64,000 nucleotides of DNA from Dictyostelium discoideum (lineage: Eukaryota): NCBI GenBank assembly GCA_000004695.1, contig CM000153.2:992001-1056000 (forward strand), in the 5' to 3' direction. The notes under the pieces were generated by a model. The model made no database searches, was not told the DNA's origin, and worked only from the letters and a program-made list of their open reading frames with translations. Of the stretch, positions 1 to 16,018 are shown piece after piece (within the stretch, counting starts at the first letter, position 1; every line of letters starts with the position of its first letter). The position numbers were made by a program, and so were the translations under genes.

Positions 1-254
1 ATATTCATTTTCTATCTGTTTTTTTTTTTTTTTTTTTAATTTTTGTTTTGGCTTATCTCATTGTTCAATTTCTTTCTGTTTTTTTTTTTTTTTTTTTTTT
101 TTTAATTTTTTTTTTATTTTTATTTTTTTTATTTTTATTTTTTTTCATTTTTTTTATTTTTTTTCAAAAAAAAAGTTTTTATTTTTTTTTTTCAAACTTT
201 AAAGTGTGAAACCTTTATATTTATTATCAAAATTATTATTATTTTGTTATAATT

Positions 255-2188
255 ATGGCACCAAGAAAAAAAGCAGTCACTAAAAAAAAGACTGTTGAAA
301 AATCGTATGTATTAAAAAAAATAATAATAAAATAAAATAAAATTAAATTAAACAAAAAATAAAAAATAAAGATATATTTTGGTTTTAATCTTTGGAAAAA
401 AAAAAAAAATAAAAAAAAATCTAACTTTTTTTTTATTTTTATTTTTTTTTTCTATTTTTTTATTTTTTTTAATTCATTAAATTATTAAAAAAAAAATAAT
501 AAGACCACCAATTGAAGAGGAAATAATTGAAGAACCAGTTGATGAAATTGTTGAATCAGATGGTGATGATAAAAAAAATAAAAAAAAAGGTAAAAGAAAA
601 TCATCAAAGAAATCAAAAAAAGAAAAAGAGGAAAATGTAGAAGAGGAAGAACAAGATCAAGAAGAGGAAGAAGAGGGAAATAAAAAACAAAAAGAAGAAA
701 ATGATGCAGATAAAAAAAGTAGAAAACATGATGAACATCGTAAAAAACGTGATAGTAAAAATCGTCGTTCACATAGTAAAAGTGATGAAAATGAAGAGGG
801 TGAAGAAGATGATGAAGAAAGAAGAAAGAAAAGAAGACGTAGAAAACATAGAGAAAAAAGAAAAAAGAATGGAAATAAAGAGGAGGAGGAAGAAGAAGAA
901 CAAGATGATGAACATGAAGATCAAAATGTTGAAGAAGATGAAGAAGATGTAAATGTAGAAAAACAAAAACAACAACAACAACAAAGTGATTTTGATGAAG
1001 AAGAAAAAGAAGAAGAGAAAGAAGAGGAGGAGGAAGAGGAGCAAATAGAAATTAAAAAAAGATCAAAAAAGAGAAATAGTATAGATTCAGGTAGAAAAGA
1101 TAAATCTAAAAAAAGAAAATCAAAAAAGAAAAAGAGAGGGCAGAATGATGATGATGATGATGATGATGATAATGACGATGATGATGATGACCAAGATGAG
1201 GAAAAAGAATATGAACAAGATGAAGATGTAAATCAAGAATCAATTGTTAGTGAAAAAGAAGAAGAGGAGGATGAAGAAAAACAATCACAAGGCAGTGAAG
1301 ATGAGGAAAAACAATCTGAAAATGAAAGAAGAAATGATCAAGATTATACAGATAGAGAGCGTGAAAGAAATAGATCACGTGATAGAGACAGTAGGGATTA
1401 TAGTAGTAGAAGTGATCATAGAGATTATAGAGATAGAGATAGAGATAGATCACGTGATAGAGATAGAGACTATAGAGATAGTAGAGATTATAGGGATAGA
1501 GATAGAGACTATAGAGACAGAGATAGAGATCACTATAGTAGTGGTGGTAGTAGTAGTAGTAGTAGAGATCATAGGGATCATAGAGATAGAGATTATAGAG
1601 ATAGAGATAGAGATCATAGGGATAGATCCCGTGATAGGGATAGAGATCATTATAGTAGTAGTAGTGGTAGCAGTAGCAATAGAAGGAGCAGAGATAGGGA
1701 TAATGATAGTAAAAGAGATGAAAAAAGCAGCAGTAGCAATAACAGCAACAACAGCACCTCAACCACCAGCAATAATAACGCCTCATCAAATAATGTAAAA
1801 ATTGTACAACCTCCAAAAGAAAATTTCTTTTCAAATTATAGAGCCATACAATCATCAATTATCCCAACTCATAATAAGAGTAAATTTGGTGAAAGAATTC
1901 TTAGTATAGCTCCAACTGAACCACCTCCAAATTTCCAAATCCCCCTATCAAAACCTTACAGAGATGATTCCTTACAACAAAATAATGATAATAATAATAA
2001 CAGTAGCAATAATAATAGTAATAATAGTAATAATAATTTTAATAATGACAATAACCCGTATAATAATTCAAACAATTATAATATGAATAACTCTAATACC
2101 TCTCCATATAATAACAGTAACAATAGTAATAGTAACAGTAGTTATTATAATGATAACGATTATAATAACAACAACAACAACAATAATA

Positions 2189-2265
<77 letters not shown>

Positions 2266-3015
2266 TTTAATAATAGTAATAGTAACAGTAGTGAATCGAA
2301 ACCAAATTATTTTAATAATCTTAGTAATGTATTTAATCAAATTACAAAACCATTAGAAAATTATAAAAATAATGGTAAAAATGAAAACAATAATAATAAT
2401 AATAATAAAAATAAAAATGAAGATGAAAAGAGAATAGATTTAGTACAAACAAAATTATCTTTGAAATCTTCAAAATCCACACCACAGACATATAATGAAA
2501 AAGAATTTAAGGTTCAAATTTCAAATATTGTTGTTAAAAAATTAAAAAAATATTATAAAACTAAAATTACAACCAAAGAAGATTTCCAATATCTTGGAAA
2601 GAAATTTACAGATTTCGTAATAACAAAAGAACGTGGTAATCAAACTATTAATAAAGACTCTGAAAAGAAAATTGAAAAAGTAATTGATAACTATTTTGAG
2701 AAAAAAGAAGTGTATGATAGAAAAAAAGATAAAGATTATAAAAAAGATGATGGTGATAAACTAATTAATTCTAGTATTGATATTTCCAATGATTCAAACC
2801 TTAGTGAATCTTCAATTACAATTACTTCAACTTCAACCTCAACCTCAACCTCAGCCTTAACCTCACCTAAAACAACAGGAACTACAACTTCAACTATAAC
2901 TACAGTAACTTCAACCTCAACATCCTCTATTGAAAATACAAAAATCTTGGTTGATGACGAAAAATTCAAAACAAATATCCAAAATGAAACATCAAAAGAA
3001 TCAAATTCAATCTAA
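255..3015 (+). CDS. Two-exon gene, join(255..304,504..3015), encoding an acidic/basic nuclear protein with RD/RS dipeptide repeats (SR-related-like). It has E/K/D-rich, RDRDRSRDRDYRD, and poly-Asn regions, and ends in a lysine-rich C-terminal domain.
   Basis: ATG at 255 with 16 codons, then a GTATGT donor at 305. The acceptor AG is at 502-503, and exon 2 begins in phase 2 so the split codon is tcA (Ser). The frame then runs open without a stop to the TAA at 3013-3015, consistent with frame-1 ORF fragments in the track. RD/RS repeats are typical of splicing-related proteins. Exact identity is unknown. Confidence 0.6.
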
Positions 3016-3558
3016 TGAATCAACAAAAAAATCCACCAACCTGTAACAGATAACCAAACACAACTAAAACTGAAGAAAAAAACAATTACATCAGAAAATT
3101 GAATCATCTAATTACAAATATCAATACTATTTATGGATATAATAATAAATAATATAAATAATAATGAATAATAATAATAATAAAATAATAAATAATAAAT
3201 AATAAATAATAATTTTTTTAATATATGCTATATTTTATTTTATTTAAATTGTATTTTATGTATAACTAAAATTGCAGACTACCAGATTCCGAAATTTAAT
3301 CACAAAAAAAAATTTTATGTTTAGAAAAAAAAAAAAAAAAAAAAATAATTAATGATAATAATAAAAATAAAATAAATAAATCATATAATTATCTTGTTTA
3401 TGAAATATTTATATGAAATATCAATTTCGTTAAAAATACATTGTGTGAGTAAGATTTACTCGAATGTCTTTTGTTTTAAATTTTATTTATTGTTTTTTTT
3501 TTTTTTTTCTTTTTTTTTTTTTATTTTTATAATATATTCACATTAAACAGTGTTGTGA

Positions 3559-7815
<4,257 letters not shown>

Positions 7816-8312
7816 TTTTATATTACTATTTATTGTTTTTTTGTGTGGTGTGGCGTATTTTATGATTGTTCTTTTTTTTTTTTTTTTGATTTTATGTGCC
7901 TTTAATTTTTTTCTTTTTCTTTTTTTTTTTGATTTTTGATTTTTTTTTTTTTTTTTTTTTTTTTGAAAAAAAAAAAAAAAAAAATTATCTACAGTTGTGT
8001 TGATTTGCTACAAATATATATACCCTAATATTTTGTAAGAAATAGGTTTAACCATAAAAAAAAAATTAATTAAAATTAATTATAATTAAAAAAAAAAAAA
8101 AAAAAAAATGATTGAAAAAAAAAAAAAACAGACAACGCTGTCGTTCTATGGCGTTGATTAAACTTTTTTTTTTTTCCTCCTCTTCTCTTTTTTTTTTTTT
8201 AAAACTCTACCCTATTCTGTATTATTACTGATTTATATATTTAGATATCTAAATATAAAGTAATGGTGAATGTGATAGAAAGTGCACTAAATTATAAAAT
8301 AGCACTTTTTTT

Positions 8313-8344
<32 letters not shown>

Positions 8345-8527
8345 TTTTTATTTTTATTTTTTATTTTTTATTTATTTTTTTTTTTTAGAGAGAAGAGAGA
8401 GAGAAAAAAAAAACCCAAAAAAAAAAAGGGGGTTTATGGGTGTTAATTATTAAAAGGTATTTGGCCCCATTTTTACCATTTACTATTAGGATTACCTTAT
8501 TTGGATGGGGGTTATACACCCCTAAGG

Positions 8528-8558
<31 letters not shown>

Positions 8559-8721
8559 CCTGGAAAATTTTTTAAAAAAAATTAAAAAATAAAAAAAATA
8601 AAATAAAATGGGTTTTTTTTTTTTTTTTTTTTTTGTTTTGTTTTGTTTTGTTTTTTTTTTTTTTTTTTTTAAAAAAAAAATTATTTATTTTTAGAATTTT
8701 CATTATTATTATTAATTTAAT

Positions 8722-10269
8722 TTAAATAAAATGTTTTTCATATGAGAATAAACTATGTACAGAGCCTTCAACTTGAGCGGCAGCGGTTCTAACTTCGAAT
8801 CTAACTTTACCACCATAAACACTTTCACGTAAATTTGTGACAGAATTACAACCAAGATCTTGAAGACCATGTTTAATACCTTGAATGAGATATGGGACGA
8901 ATTTCTTTACGGAACCTTTATCTACAACACTACCACTAACACCTTGAGCGACTTTAATTTTATCGGTTTCACTAAAGTATCTTTGATCACCACCTTTAAC
9001 CATTGCTTCCAATGAACCCATACCACGATATTTCTTTAAACGCATACCATCCTTGTAGAAATAATCACCTGGAGCCTCTTCGGTACCGGCCAACATACTG
9101 CCCATCATTACAGAGGAAGCGCCCAATGAGAGACCTTTAATGATATGACCGATGGTACGAATACCACCGTCGGCAATGATTGGTACATTGTATTGACTAG
9201 AGTAGAGGGCACATTTGAATACGGCGGTGGCTTGAGGACGACCACATGCCATAACCTCTTGAGTGGTGCAAATGGAACCAACACCCATACCAACTCTAAG
9301 ACCATCTACACCTGCTTGGATTAAACTTTCACATTGAGAAGTGGTGACTACATTGCCACCAATAACATCGATCTTTGGATAGTTTCTCTTGATGAATCTA
9401 ATCATTTCACGTTGATAGGTTGAGTCACCTTGAGAGGAATCTAAAATAACAACATCGACACCAGCATCACTGAGTGCGGCCAAACGTTCTTTATCGGTTT
9501 CACGAGTACCCAAAGCGGCACCGACCAAGAGTTTCTTATTTTCATGGTCTTTGGTTGCCATTGGGAAATCTCTATTCTTTACAAGATCATCACGTGATGC
9601 CAATGCTACGAGCTCACCTTTATCATTTACAATTGGTAACTTTCCTTTCTTACAACTCTTTAGGATGGAATTTGCCTCCTCGAGTGTACAATTTTGTTGA
9701 CCAGTGATGAGATCGGTGGTCATTACCTCGGAGAGGGTGGTGGAACGATCCTTGATGAAATCGGTATCACGACTTGTAACAATACCCACTAATTTGCCTC
9801 CGATTCTACCAGTGTCTGTAATTGGAATACCAGAGAACCCATACTTTTGTTTGATCATATCCACATCGGATAACTTGTGTGTTGGTGATAAAACGATTGG
9901 ATCTGTGATAAAGCCATTCTTAAATCTTTTCACCTTTTTAACTTCAACAACTTGCTCTTCAACGGTATTGTTGTAATGAATGATACCAATACCACCCAAT
10001 AATGCCATATTGATTGCCATGAGATGTTCTGTAACTGTATCCATTGGTGAACTAACTAATGGAGCATTCAAACTGATATTCTTGGTTAATTTGGTCTTTA
10101 ATGATACATCATCGGCTGAGAAATTAATATGTCCTGGTAACATAATTAAATCATCATATGTATATCCATGTCTTTGTTGAAATAATTCAAAACAATCGAA
10201 TCCATCGACAAACCATTCGGATTTATATTCACTATTTGTACCTTGTAAAATTTTATTGATTTTTTCCAT
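8722..10269 (-). CDS. impdh: Inosine-5'-monophosphate dehydrogenase (IMPDH), single exon, 515 aa.
   Basis: The MEKINK start is an ATG at 10267-10269. I recognised a CBS-pair region and the catalytic loop [22 protein letters not shown]. The MGSLEAM and GGDQRYF motifs are present, the length is typical, and the frame is uninterrupted. Confidence 0.9.
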
Positions 10270-11126
10270 CTTTTTTTTTTTTTAAAAAAATTTTATTTAT
10301 TTATTTATTAATGATGGTTGGTAATAATAATAATTTTAATATGAAACAGAGTTGAATTTAAATTTGAAAATAAAAAAAAAAATTAAAATAAAAATAATAA
10401 AAAATTTTTATTTATTTAAATTTCTATTTGTGTGGTATTGAGTGTGAAGTGGAATTTGTAATTTAACTCCCCCGGAAAAAAAAAAAAAAAAAAAAAAAAA
10501 TTTTATTTATCATTTTTTTTTTTTTTTTTAATAATAAATAAAATTTAAAAAAAAATAAAATAAATTAAAAAAATATTAAAAATAAAAAAAAAAAAAAAAA
10601 AAAAAAATTAAAACGGCATAATAATATTTTTTAAACTTTTTAATAAACGGCCCTATTCACGGAACGAATTTACTTCCGGAAATCGGTTTTTCAATATTAA
10701 AAAAAAAAAAAAAAAAAAAAATAAAAAAAAAAAACTGAAAAGTCCAAAAAGGTAAGATCTTTTTTTTAAGATTTTTTTGATGGTATTAAAATTGAAAATA
10801 AAAAAAAATAAAAAATAAAAAAAATAAAAAAATAAAAATAAAAAAAAAAATAAAAATAAAAATAGATTGTTGTTAGTTTAACTCATTTATTAAGTTTTAT
10901 TAAAAAAAAAAAAAAAAATATAAAAAAAAAAAATAAAAAAATAAATAAAAATAAAACAAAAAAAGATTTTAAAAAAAAATTAACAGATCCCAAAAAATAA
11001 AATAAAAATAAACAAAAACAAAAAATAAAATAAAAATAAACAAAAAACAAAAACAAAAATAAAATAAATAAAAAAAAAAAAAAAAAAAAAGATCAGAATA
11101 AAAGATTGATTAAAACGTACATATAC

Positions 11127-11161
<35 letters not shown>

Positions 11162-11189
11162 AAAGAATTTTTTTTTTTTTTTATTAAAT

Positions 11190-11627
11190 TTATTTGTATT
11201 TTTGGAGATTTTTGTATAATTTGTTACCCCAACCATATTTCATTAAGAGAGAGCTGTGATCTAATTTATATAATTGAACTGGTACATCTGCTTCAGTCCA
11301 ACTATACCAATTTTTTTATTAATAAAAATAATTTATTGTTAGTATTGTTTTTATTAATTTTTTTAATGAAAAAAATAAAATAAAAAAAAAGTGAAAAAAC
11401 GAGGGGGTCGTGTGTGTATGTGAAGAGAGAAAAAAATAAAAAAAAAAGATCACATACTCTCTTGGTTTTGGAAGTTTCTTTGAAAAACAAGTATTATATT
11501 TTCTTAAAAAGCCTTCAATCTCTTTTAAGTGATTCTTTCTCTTTTTATGTGACATTCTCCAAGTATGAGTTTGTTTGATTGGTTTATGAACCAAACCACT
11601 GAATAACATTCTTGTAATTTGAAACAT
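11190..11627 (-). CDS. Two-exon gene, complement(join(11190..11301,11458..11627)), encoding a conserved-looking small basic protein of about 93 aa. Its sequence is MFQITRMLFSGLVHKPIKQTHTWRMSHKKRKNHLKEIEGFLRKYNTCFSKKLPKPRDWTEADVPVQLYKLDHSSLLMKYGWGNKLYKNLQKYK. It may be mitochondrial or ribosome-associated.
   Basis: ATG at 11625-11627. Exon 1 ends ...aga ga, followed by a GTATGT donor whose first G is at 11457. The acceptor tatAG is at 11302-11303, and the split codon ga+t = Asp. An open frame then runs to the TAA at 11190-11192. The N-terminus is basic and amphipathic. Confidence 0.5.
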
Positions 11628-12081
11628 TTTTTACTTAAATATTTATATATTCTTTGATTTATATTATATTATTAATTATTATTGTTATTGTTATTTTTGC
11701 TAAAGATATATTTTATTATATACACACAAATTGAATTGTTTAAATGGCAGTAAATTATAATCTGATAAATATTAACAACTATTTACTCAATGAAAAAAAA
11801 AAAAAAAATATGAAAAATTTTCGTCAAAATTTTTTTTTTTTTTTATTTTTTTAATTTTTTTTTTATTTTTTTATTTTTTTTTTTCTATTTGTTTGTTTAT
11901 TTTTTTTTATTTTTTTTTATGGAAACAATTAGATTTTGTTTGCCAAAAACTATTTTTTTTTTTTTCTTTTTTTTTGGTAAATTATTAATGTGTTTTATTT
12001 TTTGAAAGAGGAAAAAAAGTTTACTAGTAGTTTTTTACCTTTTTTCTCTCTTTTAAAAAGCTAAACACATTAATTATTCAC

Positions 12082-12129
<48 letters not shown>

Positions 12130-12198
12130 GTTTTAACTCTAACATATACACACACGCACACACACACGAATTTTTCAAAACAAATAAAAATAAACTAG

Positions 12199-12234
<36 letters not shown>

Positions 12235-12271
12235 ACTTACCTCTCGATCAAATAAAATCATAAAATGTAAC

Positions 12272-12305
<34 letters not shown>

Positions 12306-12687
12306 AAACTCAACCAAAAATGTAATCTCTTAAAGCACTACAAGTACAATCTACCAGCACCTTGGACATCAGTCAAAGAAATTTACACAGAACAAATCTC
12401 CAAATGAATTCACCCAGAACCTGCAACTTCTCTACTTCAAAAACATTAATAGTGAAGCCAATCGACAAATGGTCAACCCCACACAATCTTTCTCATCACA
12501 CCAAAAATGAAAGAAATCCAAGAATGGCACAACAGATTACCAGTCAAAAACTCCATCTATATTCAACAACCATAGAAGTCCTTTGCCCCACAACTGTATC
12601 ACCACATCCCTACTACTAAAAATCTCATAACTTTTTTTTAAAAATAATAAAAATAAAAATAAAAATCTATTTTTGAAAAATTGAATC

Positions 12688-12800
12688 GGCACTATTCTTT
12701 TAATTGGAAAAAAAAAAAAAAAAAAAAAAAAATGAATAGTGTAAGATCAATTTTTGGAAAAAAAAAAATGAATAGTGTCAGACCAATTTTTGGAAAAAAA
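12688..12800. repeat. Three copies of a roughly 17-bp motif, GAATAGTG(T/C)(A/C)AGA(T/C)CAA. Two are direct inside a 38-bp tandem duplication at 12722-12800, and one is inverted at 12688-12705.
   Basis: aatgaatagtgtaagatcaatttttggaaaaaaaaaa is followed by aatgaatagtgtcagaccaatttttgg. The inverted copy ttgaatcggcactattc is the reverse complement of gaatagtgccgattcaa. Confidence 0.6.
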
Positions 12801-12905
12801 AAAATTTAAAAGGAGAAGAATTTTTTTTTTTTTTTTACACTAATTGTTTTTATTGATAGAAGTTTCATGTAAATATTTTTAAATAGCTTTTAATATTTTT
12901 TTTTA

Positions 12906-13051
12906 ATGTTAGGAATCAAATTAATAAAAATGGAGTTAGTAAAATGTCAACCTGGTATATGCAATTGTTCATGTAAACCCGAGTCATTGATACCAACAAC
13001 AACCTCAACCTCAACAACAACAACTTCAACAACAACTTCAACAACAACTTC

Positions 13052-13083
<32 letters not shown>

Positions 13084-13243
13084 AAGATTTCAATACAGAA
13101 ACATAAAAATCACCTCAAGTTAAAAAGTCAGAAGAATTCGGATTTAAAAAGAAAACATACAATCAAGGTTATCCAAATAAATTTGTTTCAACGAAATGTG
13201 GTAATACTTGTGCCAAAAATATTATGAAAAAATCATTCAATTG
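12906..13243 (+). CDS. Possible small Cys-rich/Thr-rich secreted-type protein, MLGIKLIKMELVKCQPGICNCSCKPESLIPTTTSTSTT.... It is interrupted by an in-frame TAA at 13104-13106. The downstream in-frame segment KSPQVKKSEEFGFKKKTYNQGYPNKFVSTKCGNTCAKNIMKKSFN ends at 13243.
   Basis: Two consecutive ORFs sit in the same frame, separated by a single stop. There is no obvious intron signal across the stop. This could be a pseudogene or two separate small ORFs. Confidence 0.25.
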
Positions 13244-13464
13244 ATAATGAATCATTCATCTGTAAATGGGTTAAAGATAATGTAATTAGAATCATTTGCA
13301 GATAACATTACTGTCTCCACACTCACACACCACACCACCAAAACCTGTAAAATGCAATGAATCCAATAAACAATCATTTAAAAAATAATAATAAATAAAA
13401 TGGGTAATAATAATAATAAAAGAGTTTAAATATTTTTGTTTTAAGTTTTTATTAATTCCAATTT

Positions 13465-13548
13465 CCATTTCCCTATCTGAATTATCGATTTAACTATTTA
13501 TTTTTTTTTAAAAAAAAAAAAAAAATAGTTAAATCGATAATTCAGATA
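13465..13548. repeat. Perfect inverted repeat (hairpin) with 29-bp arms, CCCTATCTGAATTATCGATTTAACTATTT and AAATAGTTAAATCGATAATTCAGATAGGG. The arms are separated by T10A16.
   Basis: Read directly from the sequence, and the arms are exact reverse complements. It lies between convergent gene 3' ends, about 140 bp past the LMBR1-like gene stop. Confidence 0.85.
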
Positions 13549-13689
13549 GGGAAACCTAATTAATATTGAAAAATTGGATTATTTAATTAAATAATTATTT
13601 TTTATTTTTTTATTTTATTTTATTTTTTTTTTATTTTTTTTTTTTTATTTTTTTTTTTTTAAATATATATATTATATTATATAAATTAA

Positions 13690-15306
13690 TTATACACGAA
13701 TTTTAGCTGGTTTATCTTTTGGTTTAATGAATAAAAAGATAGCAGTAAGAACAGCCATAACAAAGACACCAAAGATGTAGACAACCCAGAACCATTTTAA
13801 GATTTTAAGATTTTTAACTGCAGTTTCAAAGAGTGAATTGATTGCAGTTGTTGAAGTGAATTGAGAGAAAGCCATCGTACAGAAATGAGTGATTGAGACG
13901 GAAGTGATAAGGATTAAACCAACATTGAAGAGGAAAGCATTCATCATGGTATTACCAACCCTCATAGGATGAATTGGGAAGAGGAAGAAAAGACGTAACC
14001 CAAATTTGAAATTACCCTTGACAACACAAAACAATAAATAGAATGAGAGTAAACCATAGACAATGACACCAAGGAAACCCCAAGCATTGTTCAATGCAAT
14101 GACCAAACTGTTTAAGAATGGGTGGAATGGCTCTGGTGCGGTGATCATGTAGATGATGATGTGAAGCAACCATCCAAGACTGACGCCCAATGCAACGAAG
14201 CCCCCAAAGAACTGGGCGTAGTAAAAGATGACCTTGCCACCTTGTCTCTTGTAAGAGATCTTCAAACGCTCGTAATCCTCCTCCAACAAGAAAATAGCTT
14301 GACGGAAACGATTGTAATTCTTTCTATCACGTTTGCTCATGATGCCACCCGATGTACGTGACTGGATGGTCTTGCCGATCTCCACTAACTCAGTGGCACG
14401 TTCACCAATCTTCTTCTTTCTTTCCAAATATTTGTCATATGGTATACGTTGTGGACGATTCTTAAAGTCGCCAATCATATCGAATGGCAAGGCGACCAAG
14501 CCGATACCACCGAAAATGATGAATAACAACCAACCAAAGAATGCAACCATTGTGATGATGAAAAGTGCGATGGACACACGGAATTGTAAAAATTCTTTAT
14601 CCAAACGATATTCTACATACTCCGATCCGTCTCCTAAAAGATCTGGATTTCCAGGATCGAATCTGATCCTCTCGTCATTTCCACCAATGATTGCTGCTAT
14701 CTCTGGTAATGCATATGTTATATTACTAATATCTGACATGAATGGATAGTTTAGAACTTGGAATCTACCCAATACAACAATGGTTGGAATCTCTGCCACA
14801 CCAAAGAATACATATAAAACAATGGTTAATGCTGTAAATGCAAATAGAATTGCAAATGTACCCTTGAATGCTCCTGCAATTTGACTACCTGCTCCTGGAT
14901 CTGCTTCTTCTGATTCATAGAAGAACATTGCAAATGGGCAAATAACAACTGCAAATACTGCCACTGCAATATATATAATAATCCATAATATATCCATAGG
15001 AAATCCACCACTTCCTCCATCATTTGCTACATCCAATGGTAACATTAAAATACTTGTTGCTGCTAATGTTAAACCTAAAATCTATAATTATAAAAAATAA
15101 AAAGTTATTAGATATTTTTCAGATATTTTTATTTTAAATTTAAAATAAAAATGGAAAAAAAAAAAAAAACTTACAACAATAATTTTCGGGAAATAGGCAA
15201 CATTTTTGTCATCTGGATGTTGGAAATATGCAATTAAATACAAACTTGCTAAAACTACAAGTGCTGGTATAACAACAGCAATAATAATTAAGAAGACGTT
15301 AACCAT
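13690..15306 (-). CDS. LMBR1-domain multi-pass membrane protein (LMBR1/LMBD-like), complement(join(13690..15081,15175..15306)).
   Basis: Exon 1 reads [44 protein letters not shown] from ATG 15304-15306 and is followed by a GTAAGT donor. The acceptor tatAG is at 15082-15083. Exon 2 is in phase 0, [23 protein letters not shown].... I count about 9 TM helices, and the overall pattern resembles LMBR1 family proteins. Confidence 0.7.
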
Positions 15307-15969
15307 CCTCTTTTATTTTATTTATTATATTTATTTTTTTCTTTTTTTTTTTTGTATTATTTATATTATATTCGTATGTGATTATTTTTATTTATTAATT
15401 TATTTTTTTTTTATTTATTTATTTTAAAAGTACGGAAAAAAAAAAAAAAAAAGATTTTATTTGTTGATGAGTTTGTGTGTGTTGGTTTTGATTTTTTTTT
15501 TTTTCTTTTTTTTTTTTTTAATTTAAAAAAAAAAAAAAAATTAAAAAATTATATAATTAAATAAATAAAATGATTGAAATAATAGACAAAACAAAAAAAA
15601 AAAAAAGAAAAGAAAAAAAAAATAAAAAAAAAAAAAGATTAATTAAAAAAATATAAAATACCCAGTGGTAGAGAAAAAAAAAAAAAAAAAAAAAAAATAA
15701 AAAAAAAAATAAAAAAAATTTTTTTATACCAGAGCCTAAAAAAAAAAATTAAAAAAAAAATAAAAAAAATTTAAAAAAAAAAAAGACCCCACGTTTTTTT
15801 TTTAAAAGTTATAAAAAATACAACGTGGTCGTCTGTAAGACAATTGTAATTCGATGAAAATTTTTGTGGTTTTGGGAATTAATAAAAATGAAAATAATTA
15901 AAAGAGGAGGAAATAAAATATACATTGCAAATATTACAAAATAAGTGTTAAATTGAGAATTTTATAACA

Positions 15970-16018
<49 letters not shown>

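Noticed and set aside
11302-11490. Overlapping minus-strand ORFs 11302-11490 and the track's unspliced 11319-11627 model
   Set aside because: They are superseded by the two-exon model with a GTATGT donor and a tatAG acceptor. The overlap ORF is out of frame and F/L-rich, an artefact of AT-rich sequence.
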